In this document: positions 20,305-30,463 of the stretch, one piece after another
How positions within the stretch are numbered: position 1 is the stretch's first letter
How the letters are laid out: each line of letters begins with the position of its first letter
Notes under the pieces: model-generated
What the model saw: the letters and a program-made list of their open reading frames with translations, nothing else
Database searches by the model: none
Told to the model about the DNA's origin: nothing
Source: Paracoccaceae bacterium
GTDB lineage: Bacteria; Pseudomonadota; Alphaproteobacteria; Rhodobacterales; Rhodobacteraceae
NCBI GenBank assembly: GCA_039808285.1
Contig: JBDHSQ010000003.1
Coordinates: 6,249-70,248 of the forward strand
Length of the DNA: 64,000 nucleotides
Direction of reading: 5' to 3'
Position numbers and translations under genes: made by a program

Positions 20305-21140
20305 GCGTATCGGGACAGGAAAGCGGGCGTCAGGACGCCGTCGAACACATGGGCCGTGGGCCCCGCCATCCAGACGCCATCGTCGCGCCAGTCGACCTCC
20401 AGCGTGCCGCCGTCGAGATCAAGCGTCACCTGCCGCCCGGTCAGACCGCGCAGATGCGCCGCGACCGCGGTCGCGCAGGCGCCGGACCCGCAGGCAAGCG
20501 TGATCCCCGTGCCGCGTTCCCAGACCCGCATCCTGAGACGGTCGGGGCCGGAAAGGCTTGCGTATTCCACGTTCGTGGCCCCGGGGAAGAGAGGGTGGCA
20601 TTCGACCGCCGCGCCGTCGCGGGCAAGGTCCACCGCCTCGGCGTCGGGAACGAAGAAGACGCAATGGGGATTGCCCATGCCGACGGCGGCCGGATCGCCC
20701 GGCAGGGGCAGGTGCATGAGGTCGGCCGCTTCGGCCAGCGGCACACCTTGCCAGTCGAGGATCGGGGCGCCCATGTTGACGGTCACGAGCCGGTCGGGGC
20801 GGCGCAGGGCCGTCAGCGTGCCGCGGTTCGTGGTGAAGGTCACCGCGTCGCGCCCCAGCACGTGCATCATGTGGTCGGCGACGCAGCGTGAGGCGTTGCC
20901 GCAGGCGCCCGCCCGGCTTCCATCCGCATTCCAGAACTCGAGCGCATAGTCCGCGGCCTCGGCATCGCGGATTTCGGCAAGCTGGTCGAAGCCTACGCCG
21001 CAATGCCGGTCGCCCAGCGCCGCAGCCAGCGCCGCGGTGGCCACTGCCCCCCGCCCCCGTGAATCGATGATCACGAAGTCATTGCCCGCGCCGTGCATCT
21101 TCATGAACGGCACGCCATCGGAGGGGCGCGCATTCCTCAT
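20301..21140 (-). CDS. dapF: Diaminopimelate epimerase
   Basis: [15 protein letters not shown] near the N-terminus and two catalytic-Cys contexts ([15 protein letters not shown]). The true start may be the internal ATG at 21104 or 21098. Confidence 0.9.
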   Translation of the reverse strand: MRNARPSDGVPFMKMHGAGNDFVIIDSRGRGAVATAALAAALGDRHCGVGFDQLAEIRDAEAADYALEFWNADGSRAGACGNASRCVADHMMHVLGRDAVTFTTNRGTLTALRRPDRLVTVNMGAPILDWQGVPLAEAADLMHLPLPGDPAAVGMGNPHCVFFVPDAEAVDLARDGAAVECHPLFPGATNVEYASLSGPDRLRMRVWERGTGITLACGSGACATAVAAHLRGLTGRQVTLDLDGGTLEVDWRDDGVWMAGPTAHVFDGVLTPAFLSRYA

Positions 21141-21237
21141 GCGCCGCCATATACGCCCCCGCCCCGGATTTTGCCAGTGGCGCCTGCTTTTAGACTTGAC
21201 CGTCAGGGGCGGGGTTCATAAAGAGGCGCCCTGTGAT

Positions 21238-21313
21238 GGGCCCGTAGCTCAGTTGGTAGAGCAACTGACTTTTAATCAGTGGGTCACAGGTTCGAATCCT
21301 GTCGGGCTCACCA
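21238..21313 (+). tRNA. tRNA-Lys(UUU): tRNA-Lys (anticodon UUU)
   Basis: Hand-folded cloverleaf: GGGCCCG/CGGGCTC acceptor stem (one G-U pair), anticodon loop CTTTTAA, T-arm ACAGGTTCGAATCCTGT, encoded CCA. 76 nt. Confidence 0.93.
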
Positions 21314-21536
21314 CTTGATCCTCTGAAAAACAAGCTCTTACAGGGCGGCGGAAGCTGCGCTGCGAGGGCTGCTTCCTGCGCTGGCCCCATACCGCCCGGG
21401 ACTGGAACCGGGCTGATTCCGCGTCGCAAAACTCCGCCGCCGCCGAAGGCGGTCGTGGCCCTTGGAAGGGGCCTCAGGGTTGCAATTGAGGGACGACTCG
21501 CTTACGCGCCGCCCATCCGGAAGGGAGGCCGCCGAG

Positions 21537-22427
21537 ATGAGCGCTACGATGAAGACCGCAGTCGGCAGCCTTGTCGTGGGAGGCACGGTCCTCGCTCTCA
21601 AGACGCTGGCATGGTGGATGACCGGCTCCGTCGCCCTGCTTTCGGACGCGCTGGAAAGCACCGTCAACCTCGCCACGGCCGTTGCGGCGCTTGTCGCGAT
21701 CAGGGTCGCCGCGCAGCCGGCCGACGCCAACCACCCGTTCGGGCATCACAAGGCGGAATTCTTCAGCGCCGTGCTTGAGGGCGTGATGATCATCGTCGCG
21801 GCCATCTTCATCCTCAGGGAAGCCTGGCACGGTTTCCTCGCGCCGCGTGTCCTCGATGCGCCGATCGAAGGCCTTCTCGTAAACGGTGCGGCGACCTGCC
21901 TCAATGCCGTCTGGGCGTCTATCCTGGTCCAGCGGGGCAGGAAGCTGCGATCCCCCGCTCTCGTGGCCGACGGCAGGCATCTGTGGGCCGACGTCTTCAC
22001 TTCTGCCGGGGTGGCGCTCGGCGTGCTTCTGGCGATGTCCACCGGGTGGTGGCTGCTCGATCCGGTCATGGCCGGCTTCGTCGCGGTCAACATCCTCTGG
22101 TCGGGCTCGAAAGTCGTGAAGGAATCGCTCAGCGGCCTGATGGACGAAGCGGTTCCCGACAAGACCCTCGAACACATCCGGGATGTCATCTCGGCCGAGG
22201 CGAGCGGCGCGGTGGAGGCGCACGACCTGCGCACCCGCCACGCGGGCAGCGCGACCTTCGTCGAGTTCCACCTCGTCGTGCCGGGAACGATGACCGTGTT
22301 CGACGCGCACGAGATCTGCGACCGGGTCGAGGCGGCGATCCGGAAGGTGGTCCCCGACACGCGCGTCACCATCCATGTCGAGCCGGAGCACAAGTCGAAA
22401 CATTCCGGCATCGTCGTGCTGAACTGA
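21537..22427 (+). CDS. Cation diffusion facilitator (CDF) family divalent-metal efflux transporter
   Basis: ATG at 21537 preceded by GGGAGG. It has [13 protein letters not shown] (TM2 metal site), [10 protein letters not shown] and a C-terminal cytoplasmic domain. Confidence 0.88.
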   Translation: MSATMKTAVGSLVVGGTVLALKTLAWWMTGSVALLSDALESTVNLATAVAALVAIRVAAQPADANHPFGHHKAEFFSAVLEGVMIIVAAIFILREAWHGFLAPRVLDAPIEGLLVNGAATCLNAVWASILVQRGRKLRSPALVADGRHLWADVFTSAGVALGVLLAMSTGWWLLDPVMAGFVAVNILWSGSKVVKESLSGLMDEAVPDKTLEHIRDVISAEASGAVEAHDLRTRHAGSATFVEFHLVVPGTMTVFDAHEICDRVEAAIRKVVPDTRVTIHVEPEHKSKHSGIVVLN

Positions 22428-22498
22428 CGGGCATTCCCGTCGGCTTGACGCGACCGCGCGATCGGGCCACCCTTCCCCCGACGGCGGGAGGGCGACCG

Positions 22499-23686
22499 AT
22501 GACAGCCACGGATTTCCTGGATCACCTCACCGCCACCCTCGCGGAGATCGAGGCGGCCGGGCTCTACAAGCGGGAGCGGCTGATCCTGTCGCCGCAGGGA
22601 ACGCATGTCACGGTCGGCGGCGAGAGGCTCCTGAACCTCTGCGCCAACAACTACCTCGGCCTCGCCGACGACCCTGCACTGATCGCAGCCGCGCACCGTG
22701 CGCTCGATGACCACGGGTTCGGGATGGCCTCGGTCCGGTTCATCTGCGGCACCCAGGACCTGCACCGCGCGCTGGAGCGGCGGATCGCCGGTTTTCTGGG
22801 GATGGACGATTCCATCCTTTTCGCCGCCTGCTTCGACGCCAACGGCGGGCTGTTCGAGCCCCTTCTCGGGCCGCAGGACGCCATCGTCTCGGATGCGCTG
22901 AACCATGCCTCGATCATCGACGGAATCCGGCTCTGCAAGGCGCGGCGCTACCGATATGCCAACTCGGACATGGCCGGGCTCGAGGCGCAGTTGCAGGCGG
23001 CCCGCGGCGATGGTGCCCGGTTCGTCCTGATCGCCACCGATGGCGTCTTCTCGATGGACGGCTACCTTGCACGGCTGCCCGAGATCACCGCGCTGGCCGC
23101 GAAATACGGTGCGCTGACGATGGTGGACGACTGCCATGCCACCGGCTTCATGGGGCCCCGGGGGTGCGGCACGCCGGCCCACCACGGCGTCCGCGTCGAC
23201 ATCCTGACCGGCACGCTGGGCAAGGCGCTGGGCGGTGCGCTCGGCGGCTATGTCGCCGGGCCGCAGCCGGTGATCGACCTCCTGCGCCAGCGGGCGCGGC
23301 CCTATCTTTTCTCGAATGCGCTGCCGCCGGCCATCGTCGCGGCGGGGCTGGCGGCGATCGACATCGTCGAGGCGGCCGACGACCTGCGCGAGCGCCTGTT
23401 CGGCAATGCCGCCTACTGGCGGGCCGGGCTTCAGGACGCCGGTTTCGACCTCTTGCCCGGAGAGCATCCGATCGTCCCGGTGATGACGGGGGAGGCGCGG
23501 CTTGCGCAGGCGATGGCGGCCGAGCTCTATCGCCGCGGCGTCTTCGTCTCGGGCTTCTTCTTTCCGGTTGTGCCCGAGGGGCGGGCCCGGATACGGACGC
23601 AGATGAACGCCCGCCTGACGCGGGAGGATCTGGATTTCGGGCTCGAGGCGTTCCGCGCCGCCGGCCGGGCCGCGGGGGTGATATGA
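22499..23686 (+). CDS. kbl: Glycine C-acetyltransferase (2-amino-3-ketobutyrate CoA ligase)
   Basis: ATG at 22499 after GGGAGG. 395 aa with [27 protein letters not shown] and the Kbl/AONS-type PLP fold. It is followed by tdh. Confidence 0.93.
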   Translation: MTATDFLDHLTATLAEIEAAGLYKRERLILSPQGTHVTVGGERLLNLCANNYLGLADDPALIAAAHRALDDHGFGMASVRFICGTQDLHRALERRIAGFLGMDDSILFAACFDANGGLFEPLLGPQDAIVSDALNHASIIDGIRLCKARRYRYANSDMAGLEAQLQAARGDGARFVLIATDGVFSMDGYLARLPEITALAAKYGALTMVDDCHATGFMGPRGCGTPAHHGVRVDILTGTLGKALGGALGGYVAGPQPVIDLLRQRARPYLFSNALPPAIVAAGLAAIDIVEAADDLRERLFGNAAYWRAGLQDAGFDLLPGEHPIVPVMTGEARLAQAMAAELYRRGVFVSGFFFPVVPEGRARIRTQMNARLTREDLDFGLEAFRAAGRAAGVI

Positions 23687-24723
23687 TGCGCAACGACATG
23701 AAGGCGCTGGCCAAGACCAAGCCCGAGACCGGATTGTGGATGGAGCGGCGGCCGGTCCCAGAGATCGGACCTGACGATGTGCTGATCCGCATCCGCAAGA
23801 CCGGCATCTGCGGAACCGACATCCACATCTGGAACTGGGACGAATGGGCCGCGCGCACCGTGCCGCTCGGGCTCGTCACCGGGCATGAGTTCGCCGGCGA
23901 GATCGTCGAGCTGGGGCGCAACGTGCGCGACCTTGCGCTCGGACAGCGCTGTTCGGGTGAGGGCCACCTGATCGGCACCCAGTCGCGCCAGAGCCGCGCC
24001 GGCAAGTTCCACCTCGATCCCGCGACGCGGGGCATCGGCGTGAACGAACAGGGCGCCTTCGCCGAATATCTCTGCCTGCCGGCCTTCAACGTGGTGCCGC
24101 TGCCCGACGAGATCGATGACGAAATCGGCGCCATCCTCGATCCGCTGGGCAACGCCGTGCACACCGCGCTTTCGTTCGATCTGGTGGGCGAGGACGTGCT
24201 GATCACCGGGGCCGGCCCGATCGGGATCATGGCCGCGGCGGTGGCCCGCCATGTCGGCGCACGCCATGTGGTGATCACCGACATCAACCAGGACCGGCTG
24301 GATCTTGCCGCACGGGTCGCAGATGTGGTGCCGGTGAACGTCCAGCGCCAGAACCTGCGGGAAGTCGAGGGCGCGCTGAGGATGAAGCAGGGCTTCGACG
24401 TCGGAATGGAGATGTCGGGCAGTCAGGCGGCACTCGACCAGATGGTCGAGAACATGGTGATGGGCGGGCGCATCGCGATGCTGGGCATCCCGCCCGGCAA
24501 GTCGCCGGTGGACTGGAGCCGGATCGTCTTCAAGGCCATCACCATCAAGGGCGTCTACGGGCGCGAGATCTTCGAGACATGGTACAAGATGATCGCGATG
24601 CTCGAGAACGGCCTGGACATCCGCGGCGTCATCACCCACCGTTTTCCGGTCGACCGCTACGTCGAAGGCTTCGAGATCATGCGCTCGGGCAGGAGCGGGA
24701 AAGTCGTCCTGGACTGGACCTGA
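23683..24723 (+). CDS. tdh: L-threonine 3-dehydrogenase
   Basis: [50 protein letters not shown] is closely Tdh-like. The ATG at 23683 overlaps the kbl stop; alternative ATGs are at 23686 and 23698. Confidence 0.93.
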   Translation: MMRNDMKALAKTKPETGLWMERRPVPEIGPDDVLIRIRKTGICGTDIHIWNWDEWAARTVPLGLVTGHEFAGEIVELGRNVRDLALGQRCSGEGHLIGTQSRQSRAGKFHLDPATRGIGVNEQGAFAEYLCLPAFNVVPLPDEIDDEIGAILDPLGNAVHTALSFDLVGEDVLITGAGPIGIMAAAVARHVGARHVVITDINQDRLDLAARVADVVPVNVQRQNLREVEGALRMKQGFDVGMEMSGSQAALDQMVENMVMGGRIAMLGIPPGKSPVDWSRIVFKAITIKGVYGREIFETWYKMIAMLENGLDIRGVITHRFPVDRYVEGFEIMRSGRSGKVVLDWT

Positions 24724-25138
24724 CGGGCAGGATCGCGGCCGGGTGGCGCGCGGGTCTCTCCCGGATGACACGGGGGGGCCCGCGAAATCGACCTGCAACG
24801 CCTGCGTCAGGTTCCAGAGGGTCGCGACGCCGGGATCGGATCGCCGTCTTCGACCCGGCGCACCATCGCCCGGCCGAGGTCAGAGAGCCTTGCAGCCGCG
24901 GGAAAGCCCCGCCCCCTGGCCTTCCGCGCCTCCTTCGGACAGGCAGCCGGCCGGTCGTGACTGTCGGAACGGTTGTTCATGAAGCCATCCGCAAGGTCCG
25001 CCCGGGCCATCCGCCGCCCGGGGTGTCGGGCCGGCCGATGATCCGGTCACACGCGCCGTGCACCCCTGACGGCCCGCTCGCGCAAGGCAGGACAAGCAGG
25101 CCCCCCGCGAAGGGGGTGGGACGCCAGACGCGCCCCGA

Positions 25139-25735
25139 TCAACTTTGCGGCATGCCATAGGGGTCTTTCGGCCCTCGATCCTGCGACAGAGACCCCTGTC
25201 TCCGGGCGATCAGCCGCTCGATGGCATCGGCCAAATGGGCTTCACCGATCGCACGATCACCCCGCGCCACCCGGATCAGGTGCGCCTCGTGCAGCACGTC
25301 GGCGTGGGAATGGCCGAAGGGCGGCCCGAACCGGTAGGCGGCGAGTTCGATCAGGAGGCCCAGGGGGTCTCGGAAATAGATCGAGTCCATGAAACCGCGA
25401 TCCTTGACCCCGGAATGGGCGATGCCACGTTCGTCGAGGCGTTGCACGGCCTGCGCGAAGACGGCATGTGATACCGCGAAGGCGAGGTGATGCACCTCGC
25501 CCGGGGCGGGACGCTTCGGGTGGGTCGAACCCGCGCGGTCTTCGCTGGTGAAGACGGTGATGAGCCTTCCGTCGCCGGGGTCGAAGTAAAGGTGCCCCTC
25601 GCCGGGGTTGTCGAGGTTCGGCTGCTCGAACACGAACGGCATCCCGAGCGTGCCTTCCCAGAAGTCGATCGAGGTCTGCCGGTCGGCCCCGAGCAGCGTG
25701 ATGTGATGAATGCCCTGAACCTGAAGCCTGCGCAT
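25139..25735 (-). CDS. VOC (glyoxalase/bleomycin resistance/ring-cleaving dioxygenase) family protein
   Basis: 198 aa. It has GIHHITLLGADRQTSIDFWEGTLGM and a second HHLAF module typical of paired beta-alpha-beta-beta-beta VOC repeats. Confidence 0.75.
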   Translation of the reverse strand: MRRLQVQGIHHITLLGADRQTSIDFWEGTLGMPFVFEQPNLDNPGEGHLYFDPGDGRLITVFTSEDRAGSTHPKRPAPGEVHHLAFAVSHAVFAQAVQRLDERGIAHSGVKDRGFMDSIYFRDPLGLLIELAAYRFGPPFGHSHADVLHEAHLIRVARGDRAIGEAHLADAIERLIARRQGSLSQDRGPKDPYGMPQS

Positions 25736-25843
25736 CGTCGCCTCCCTGCCGATCCCGCCAAGGATAGCAGAACGGAGCGCGTCCGCCTCTGCCCCGGGGC
25801 CGCAGGGCGTTCGTGCGTCGGCACCGGTCCGGACAGGATGCGC

Positions 25844-25919
25844 TGGCGGCCCCGACAGGATTCGAACCTGTGACCTACCGCTTAGGAGGCGGTCGCTCTA
25901 TCCCCTGAGCTACGGGGCC
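25844..25919 (-). tRNA. tRNA-Arg(CCU): tRNA-Arg (anticodon CCU)
   Basis: The reverse complement folds as GGCCCCG/CGGGGCC acceptor stem, anticodon loop CTCCTAA, T-arm ACAGGTTCGAATCCTGT, discriminator G plus CCA. 76 nt. Confidence 0.92.
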
Positions 25920-25986
25920 GTCGCGGCATCGTCTGCCGGCGCAGGGTCTGGATAGAGAGGTGCCCCCCGTTTGGCAAGCGCGGCGG

Positions 25987-26643
25987 TCATTCCGGCGCAT
26001 CGGGGGGCGTCTCGGCCATGAGATGGATGACCTCGTCGTCGGACGTCTGGTCGAAACGGTCGTAAAACGCGCCGACCGCAGCGAACCAGGCAGGAACGAC
26101 GGGGCAGATCACCTCGTCCACCTCGCCACGCAACAGCGTGAGCGAATCGGCGGCGGCGCAGGGCACCGCAAGGACCACCCGCGCAGGCTTCTGCCGCCGG
26201 ACGGCGCGCAGGGCGGCGCGCATCGTCGCACCCGTCGCGATGCCGTCATCGACGACGATGACGGTGCGCCCGCCCAGATCGACGGGACTGCGCCCCTTGA
26301 GGTAGCTGGCGCGGCGCTTCGCGATGGTTTCGAGTTCCGGTTTCGACAGACGCTCGATGTCCCCGTGCGTCAGGCCCACATGACGGGCGACGCTCTCGTT
26401 GACGACGATCTCGGGTCGATCGCCGTCGACGACGGCCCCGGCCGCGAGTTCGGGCTGCCCCGGAACGCCGATCTTGCGCACCATGACGAGGTCCAGCGGC
26501 GCGCAGATCCTCCGCGCGATTTCGGCGGCGACCGGCACACCCCCGCGCGGCAGCGCGAGAACGACGGGGCGATCGTAGTTGCGTGCGGCGACGAGGTCGC
26601 CAAGCACCTGCCCTGCCTCGATCCGATCCCGGAACCGGTCCAT
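25987..26643 (-). CDS. Phosphoribosyltransferase family protein
   Basis: 218 aa with the PRTase motif VIVVDDGIATGATMRAAL and LALPRGGVPVA near the N-terminus. Confidence 0.8.
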   Translation of the reverse strand: MDRFRDRIEAGQVLGDLVAARNYDRPVVLALPRGGVPVAAEIARRICAPLDLVMVRKIGVPGQPELAAGAVVDGDRPEIVVNESVARHVGLTHGDIERLSKPELETIAKRRASYLKGRSPVDLGGRTVIVVDDGIATGATMRAALRAVRRQKPARVVLAVPCAAADSLTLLRGEVDEVICPVVPAWFAAVGAFYDRFDQTSDDEVIHLMAETPPDAPE

Positions 26644-26778
26644 GCGCTCCTCCCGCTTTCCCCGCCCGCGAGCCTGCGCCCGAACGGCCGGGCAAACCTT
26701 GATCGGCGTCAGTCCCGAGGCCGCGCCTGCGGCTATGATCGCGCAACATTGCGCATACCGGGGGCGGAGGCCGGGTCC

Positions 26779-27954
26779 ATGTTTTCAAGGGCTGTCCGAA
26801 TCGTCGATATCCTCGGCTTCCAGATCAAGGTTGATCCCAGTTGGCTGCTGATCGCGATGCTCGTGGTGTGGACGCTGTCGAGCGGCTACTTCCCCGAGCG
26901 CGTGCCGGGCCTTGGCCAAGGCGACTACTTCGCGCTCGGGGTCGTCGCGGCCTTTGCGTTCTTCGCCGGCCTCATCCTGCACGAGCTTGCGCACTCGCTG
27001 GTCGCGCGGCACTTCGGCCTGAGGATCGGCGGCATCACGCTTTTCGTCTTCGGGGGCGTCGCCGAGCTTGACGAGGAGCCGGCGAACGCCCGGTCGGAAT
27101 TCTGGATCGCGATCGCCGGGCCGGTGATGAGCCTGGTGCTGGCCGGTCTCTGCTGGCTGGCCACTGCGATGCTGCAAGAAGCCGATCTGTCGGCGGCAGG
27201 CCAGGCGGTTCTGGAATATCTCGCGCTCATCAACCTCGTCCTTGCGGTCTTCAACCTTCTCCCCGCCTTTCCGCTTGACGGCGGGCGCATCCTCAGGGCC
27301 GCGCTCTGGCAACGGTCGGGCGACATGCTCGGTGCTACCCGCAGTGCCAGCACGGTGTCCGAGATCCTGGCCTATGCGATGATGACACTCGGGCTTGTCG
27401 GTCTCTTCTCGGGCAACACGGCGAGCGGGCTCTGGCAGGTGCTGATCGGAATGTTCCTTCTGTCGGCCGCCCGCGGCACCTTCCGGCAGCTCGTCATCAA
27501 CACCGCCCTCGGCGGGCGGACGGTGGAGGCGATGATGACGCGCACCGTCATCGCGGCCAGCCCGGAGGACAGCCTTGCCGATGTCGTCGACAGGCTGATG
27601 CTGCCCAATGCCCGGAGTTTCGTCCCCGTCGCCGAAGGCGAGCACCTGCTCGGCTATGTCGACACCGCGCTGATCCGGCGGATCGACCGGGAGAACTGGG
27701 ACAGCACCCATGTGAACGATATCTTCATCGCCGGCGACGCGACGAACACCGTGTCGCCCGACCTTCCGGCGGACGCGCTGCTACGACGGATCGCCGAAAC
27801 CGGGCGGCGCAAGTTCCTGGTCGCCGAAGACCACCGCCTTCTTGGCGTCATCACCCTTTCCGATCTTCTGTCCTATCTCGCCGTCTTGCAGGAAATCGGC
27901 GCAAATCCCCGGGCGTTTTCGCGCATGCCGACGCCGCCTGCGCGGCGACGTTGA
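26779..27954 (+). CDS. Site-2 protease (M50) family zinc metalloprotease with C-terminal CBS pair
   Basis: ATG at 26779. It has HExxH (LILHELAHSLV), the downstream NLLPAFPLDGGR motif, and a C-terminal tandem CBS-like region. Confidence 0.85.
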   Translation: MFSRAVRIVDILGFQIKVDPSWLLIAMLVVWTLSSGYFPERVPGLGQGDYFALGVVAAFAFFAGLILHELAHSLVARHFGLRIGGITLFVFGGVAELDEEPANARSEFWIAIAGPVMSLVLAGLCWLATAMLQEADLSAAGQAVLEYLALINLVLAVFNLLPAFPLDGGRILRAALWQRSGDMLGATRSASTVSEILAYAMMTLGLVGLFSGNTASGLWQVLIGMFLLSAARGTFRQLVINTALGGRTVEAMMTRTVIAASPEDSLADVVDRLMLPNARSFVPVAEGEHLLGYVDTALIRRIDRENWDSTHVNDIFIAGDATNTVSPDLPADALLRRIAETGRRKFLVAEDHRLLGVITLSDLLSYLAVLQEIGANPRAFSRMPTPPARRR

Positions 27955-28010
27955 CGCCGGCACCTGCGGCGGCAAGATTGCGGGCGGGCGAAAGATCGGG
28001 CGGTGCGGGG

Positions 28011-29549
28011 ATGAGCGGCAAGGACTCGAGCGAACGGCTGCTCGGCGCGATTCTCGAAGCCGCGGTTCACGCGATCATCGTCAGCGACGCCGCAGGTGTC
28101 ATCGTCCGTGCAAACGCGGCCGCGGGGCGGCTCTTCGGCTACGACGCCGCGGATCTGGTGGGCCATCCGGTCAACCGTCTGATGCCGGAAAGCGAACGGC
28201 CGCGCCACAGCGAGGCAATTGCGCGCTACCTGCGCACCGGCGAGGCCCGGGTCATCGGAATCGGCCGCGATGTGGAGGGTCTGCGCGCCGACGGCAGCCT
28301 GTTTCTGGTCCACCTGTCGGTCGGTCATGCGCGGATCGACGCAAAGGATTTCTTCGTGGCGGTCCTGCATGACCTCTCGCGGCGGCTGGAGGCCGAACGC
28401 ACGCTCGAACAGGCCCATCGGCTGGAGGCGCTGGGGGAGCTGACCGGCGGCGTCGCGCATGATTTCAACAACCTCCTGACGGTGATCACCGGCAATCTGG
28501 AACTGCTGGAACAGTCCCTGAAGGGCGACAGCCGCCACGGGCTGGTCCGCGATGCGCTCGACGCCGCGGAGCTGGGCGCCGACCTGACCGCCAAACTGCT
28601 CGCCCTCGCGCGGCGGAGCGTGCTGGCCCCGCGCCTTGTCGATCCGGTCACCTCGGTCGAGGCGGCGCTTTCGCTCCTGCGGCGGACGCTCGGGCCGGGC
28701 ATCGAGCTGCGGCTGAACGTCGACGGGGATATCTGGCAGGTGCGGCTCGATCCGACGCAGTTCCAGACCGCCCTCATCAATCTCGCGCTCAACGCGCAGG
28801 ATGCCATGCCGGAAGGAGGCGAGATCACGGTCACGCTCGCCAATGTCTCGATCGATGATTCCTATCTCGCCCGGGATGTGAGCGTCGGCGAAGGCCGGTA
28901 TGTCCGCATTTCCGTCACCGACACCGGCATCGGGATGGGCAAAGAGGTGCGAAGGCGCGCGTTCGAACCCTTTTTCACGACCAAGCCGACGGGCAAGGGC
29001 ACCGGGCTCGGCCTGTCGATGGTCTATGGCTTCACCCGGCAATCCGGGGGCCATGCGACGCTTTACAGCGAGCCGGGCATCGGCACGACCGTCAGCCTCT
29101 ATTTCCCGGCGGCGGCCGTTCTCGAGGCAAAGGCCGAGGTCGACGCCGCTCAAGGCAAGACGCCCGCGCGGGCGCCGTCCGGCGAGGTGCGGGTGCTCGT
29201 CGTCGAGGACGACCATGCGGTGCGCAGGCTCTCTGTCTCGCGCATCGAGGCCCTCGGCTATCGGACGCTGGCGGCGGGCAATGCCGCAGAGGCGCTCGCC
29301 ATCCTCGGCACCGAACCGGGTGTCGATGTCCTGTTCGCCGATATCGTCATGCCCGGCGCGATGAACGGTCACGATCTGGCGCGAAAGGTCAAGGCCGACT
29401 ATCCGCAGGTGTCGATCCTGCTCACCTCCGGTTTTGCCGGCGGGATCGGTTCCACCGCCGCGGCCGAGTTCTCCATTCTCCACAAGCCCTACCGGCAGAA
29501 CGATCTGGCCATGCGGTTGAGGTTGCTGGTATCACGCCAGCGGGGATAG
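28011..29549 (+). CDS. Hybrid sensor histidine kinase (PAS - HisKA - HATPase - receiver)
   Basis: PAS-like N-terminus, H-box GGVAHDFNNLL, ATPase G-boxes (DTGIGM, GTGLGLS) and a C-terminal receiver (VLVVEDD...DVLFADIVMPG). An alternative TTG start at 27951 overlaps the upstream stop. Confidence 0.85.
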   Translation: MSGKDSSERLLGAILEAAVHAIIVSDAAGVIVRANAAAGRLFGYDAADLVGHPVNRLMPESERPRHSEAIARYLRTGEARVIGIGRDVEGLRADGSLFLVHLSVGHARIDAKDFFVAVLHDLSRRLEAERTLEQAHRLEALGELTGGVAHDFNNLLTVITGNLELLEQSLKGDSRHGLVRDALDAAELGADLTAKLLALARRSVLAPRLVDPVTSVEAALSLLRRTLGPGIELRLNVDGDIWQVRLDPTQFQTALINLALNAQDAMPEGGEITVTLANVSIDDSYLARDVSVGEGRYVRISVTDTGIGMGKEVRRRAFEPFFTTKPTGKGTGLGLSMVYGFTRQSGGHATLYSEPGIGTTVSLYFPAAAVLEAKAEVDAAQGKTPARAPSGEVRVLVVEDDHAVRRLSVSRIEALGYRTLAAGNAAEALAILGTEPGVDVLFADIVMPGAMNGHDLARKVKADYPQVSILLTSGFAGGIGSTAAAEFSILHKPYRQNDLAMRLRLLVSRQRG

Positions 29550-30293
29550 GACAGTCCGCGTCACCTCGGGCGTGAAGATGTAGCCTACCCCCCGAACGGT
29601 CTTGATCAGCTTCGGATCGCCCGGAACCGCCTCGATCTTCTTGCGCAGCCGCGCCACCTGGTTGTCGATCGTCCGGTCGAGCGGCGACCACGTCTGGCCG
29701 TTGACGAGATCCATGATCTGTTCGCGCGAAAGCACCCGGCGCGGGTGTTCCAGGAAGACCTGGAGAAGCCGGAAGTCCCCGGATGTCAGGTCGATGGCCG
29801 CACCGGCGGGGTCGAGCAGTTCCATCATCCCGGTCCTTGCGAGGAAGCCGGCGAAGCGAAACTCCGTCACCGGCCCCGCCGCCGACGCCGCAGGTCCGCA
29901 GACCGCCGCCCCGCCGCCGGCATCCGCCGTCGACCGGCGCAGGACGGAACGGACGCGTGCCAGCATCTCGCGGATGTGGAAGGGCTTGGCGATGTAATCG
30001 TCGGCACCGACCTCGAGCCCGACCACGCGATCGATCACGTCGCCACGTCCGGTCACCATGATGATCGGCACGCAGGAATCCCGGCGGATGGTCCTGGCGA
30101 GATCGATGCCGCTTTCACCGGCCAGATTGAGATCAAGCGTGATCAGGCCGATGCCGCCCCGCCGCAGCAGGTCCAGCGCCTCGGCCCCAGCGGGCGCCTC
30201 TTCGACATGGTATCCGTCGCCCTCCAGACAGCGGCGGATGAGCGTCCGCACGGCAGGATCGTCGTCGACAACCAATATCGTCGTTTCGGCCAT
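29532..30293 (-). CDS. OmpR-family response regulator (receiver + winged-helix DNA-binding domain)
   Basis: ILVVDDDPAVR...ITLDLNLAGESG receiver and a C-terminal LSREQIMD...VARLRKKIE...IKTVRGVGY wHTH. Its 3' end overlaps the kinase 3' end by 18 nt (convergent). Confidence 0.9.
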   Translation of the reverse strand: MAETTILVVDDDPAVRTLIRRCLEGDGYHVEEAPAGAEALDLLRRGGIGLITLDLNLAGESGIDLARTIRRDSCVPIIMVTGRGDVIDRVVGLEVGADDYIAKPFHIREMLARVRSVLRRSTADAGGGAAVCGPAASAAGPVTEFRFAGFLARTGMMELLDPAGAAIDLTSGDFRLLQVFLEHPRRVLSREQIMDLVNGQTWSPLDRTIDNQVARLRKKIEAVPGDPKLIKTVRGVGYIFTPEVTRTVLSPLA

Positions 30294-30463
30294 TCCCGAT
30301 CCCCGAATGCCTGCCCCGACCGAGCCATCCGGATGGGCAGCGGGGCGCCAGGAACACCACGCGCGCCCTTCGGGCGGCGGCTGGTTACAAATTGATACAG
30401 AGACGATGATACGCCTGCGACATTACCGCGGAAGGCTGCGATTGAGCAACCGTGGGGGTCGAC

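Noticed and set aside
21314-21536. A possible metal-sensing (NiCo/czcD-type) riboswitch or other leader upstream of the CDF transporter.
   Set aside because: The spacer has several GC hairpins (for example GGAAGCTGC...GCTGCTTCC and GGCCC...GGGCC). I cannot match them to a consensus from memory, and such hairpins are common in GC-rich spacers. An Rfam/Infernal scan is needed before any claim.
24807-25010. 67-aa minus-strand ORF in the tdh-VOC gap (also 24743..24982 on the plus strand and 24880..25158 on the minus strand).
   Set aside because: It has no convincing RBS, no recognisable family and a Arg/Pro/Ala-rich composition. Third-position G/C is only moderately elevated. It is mentioned under the gap finding but not called as a gene.
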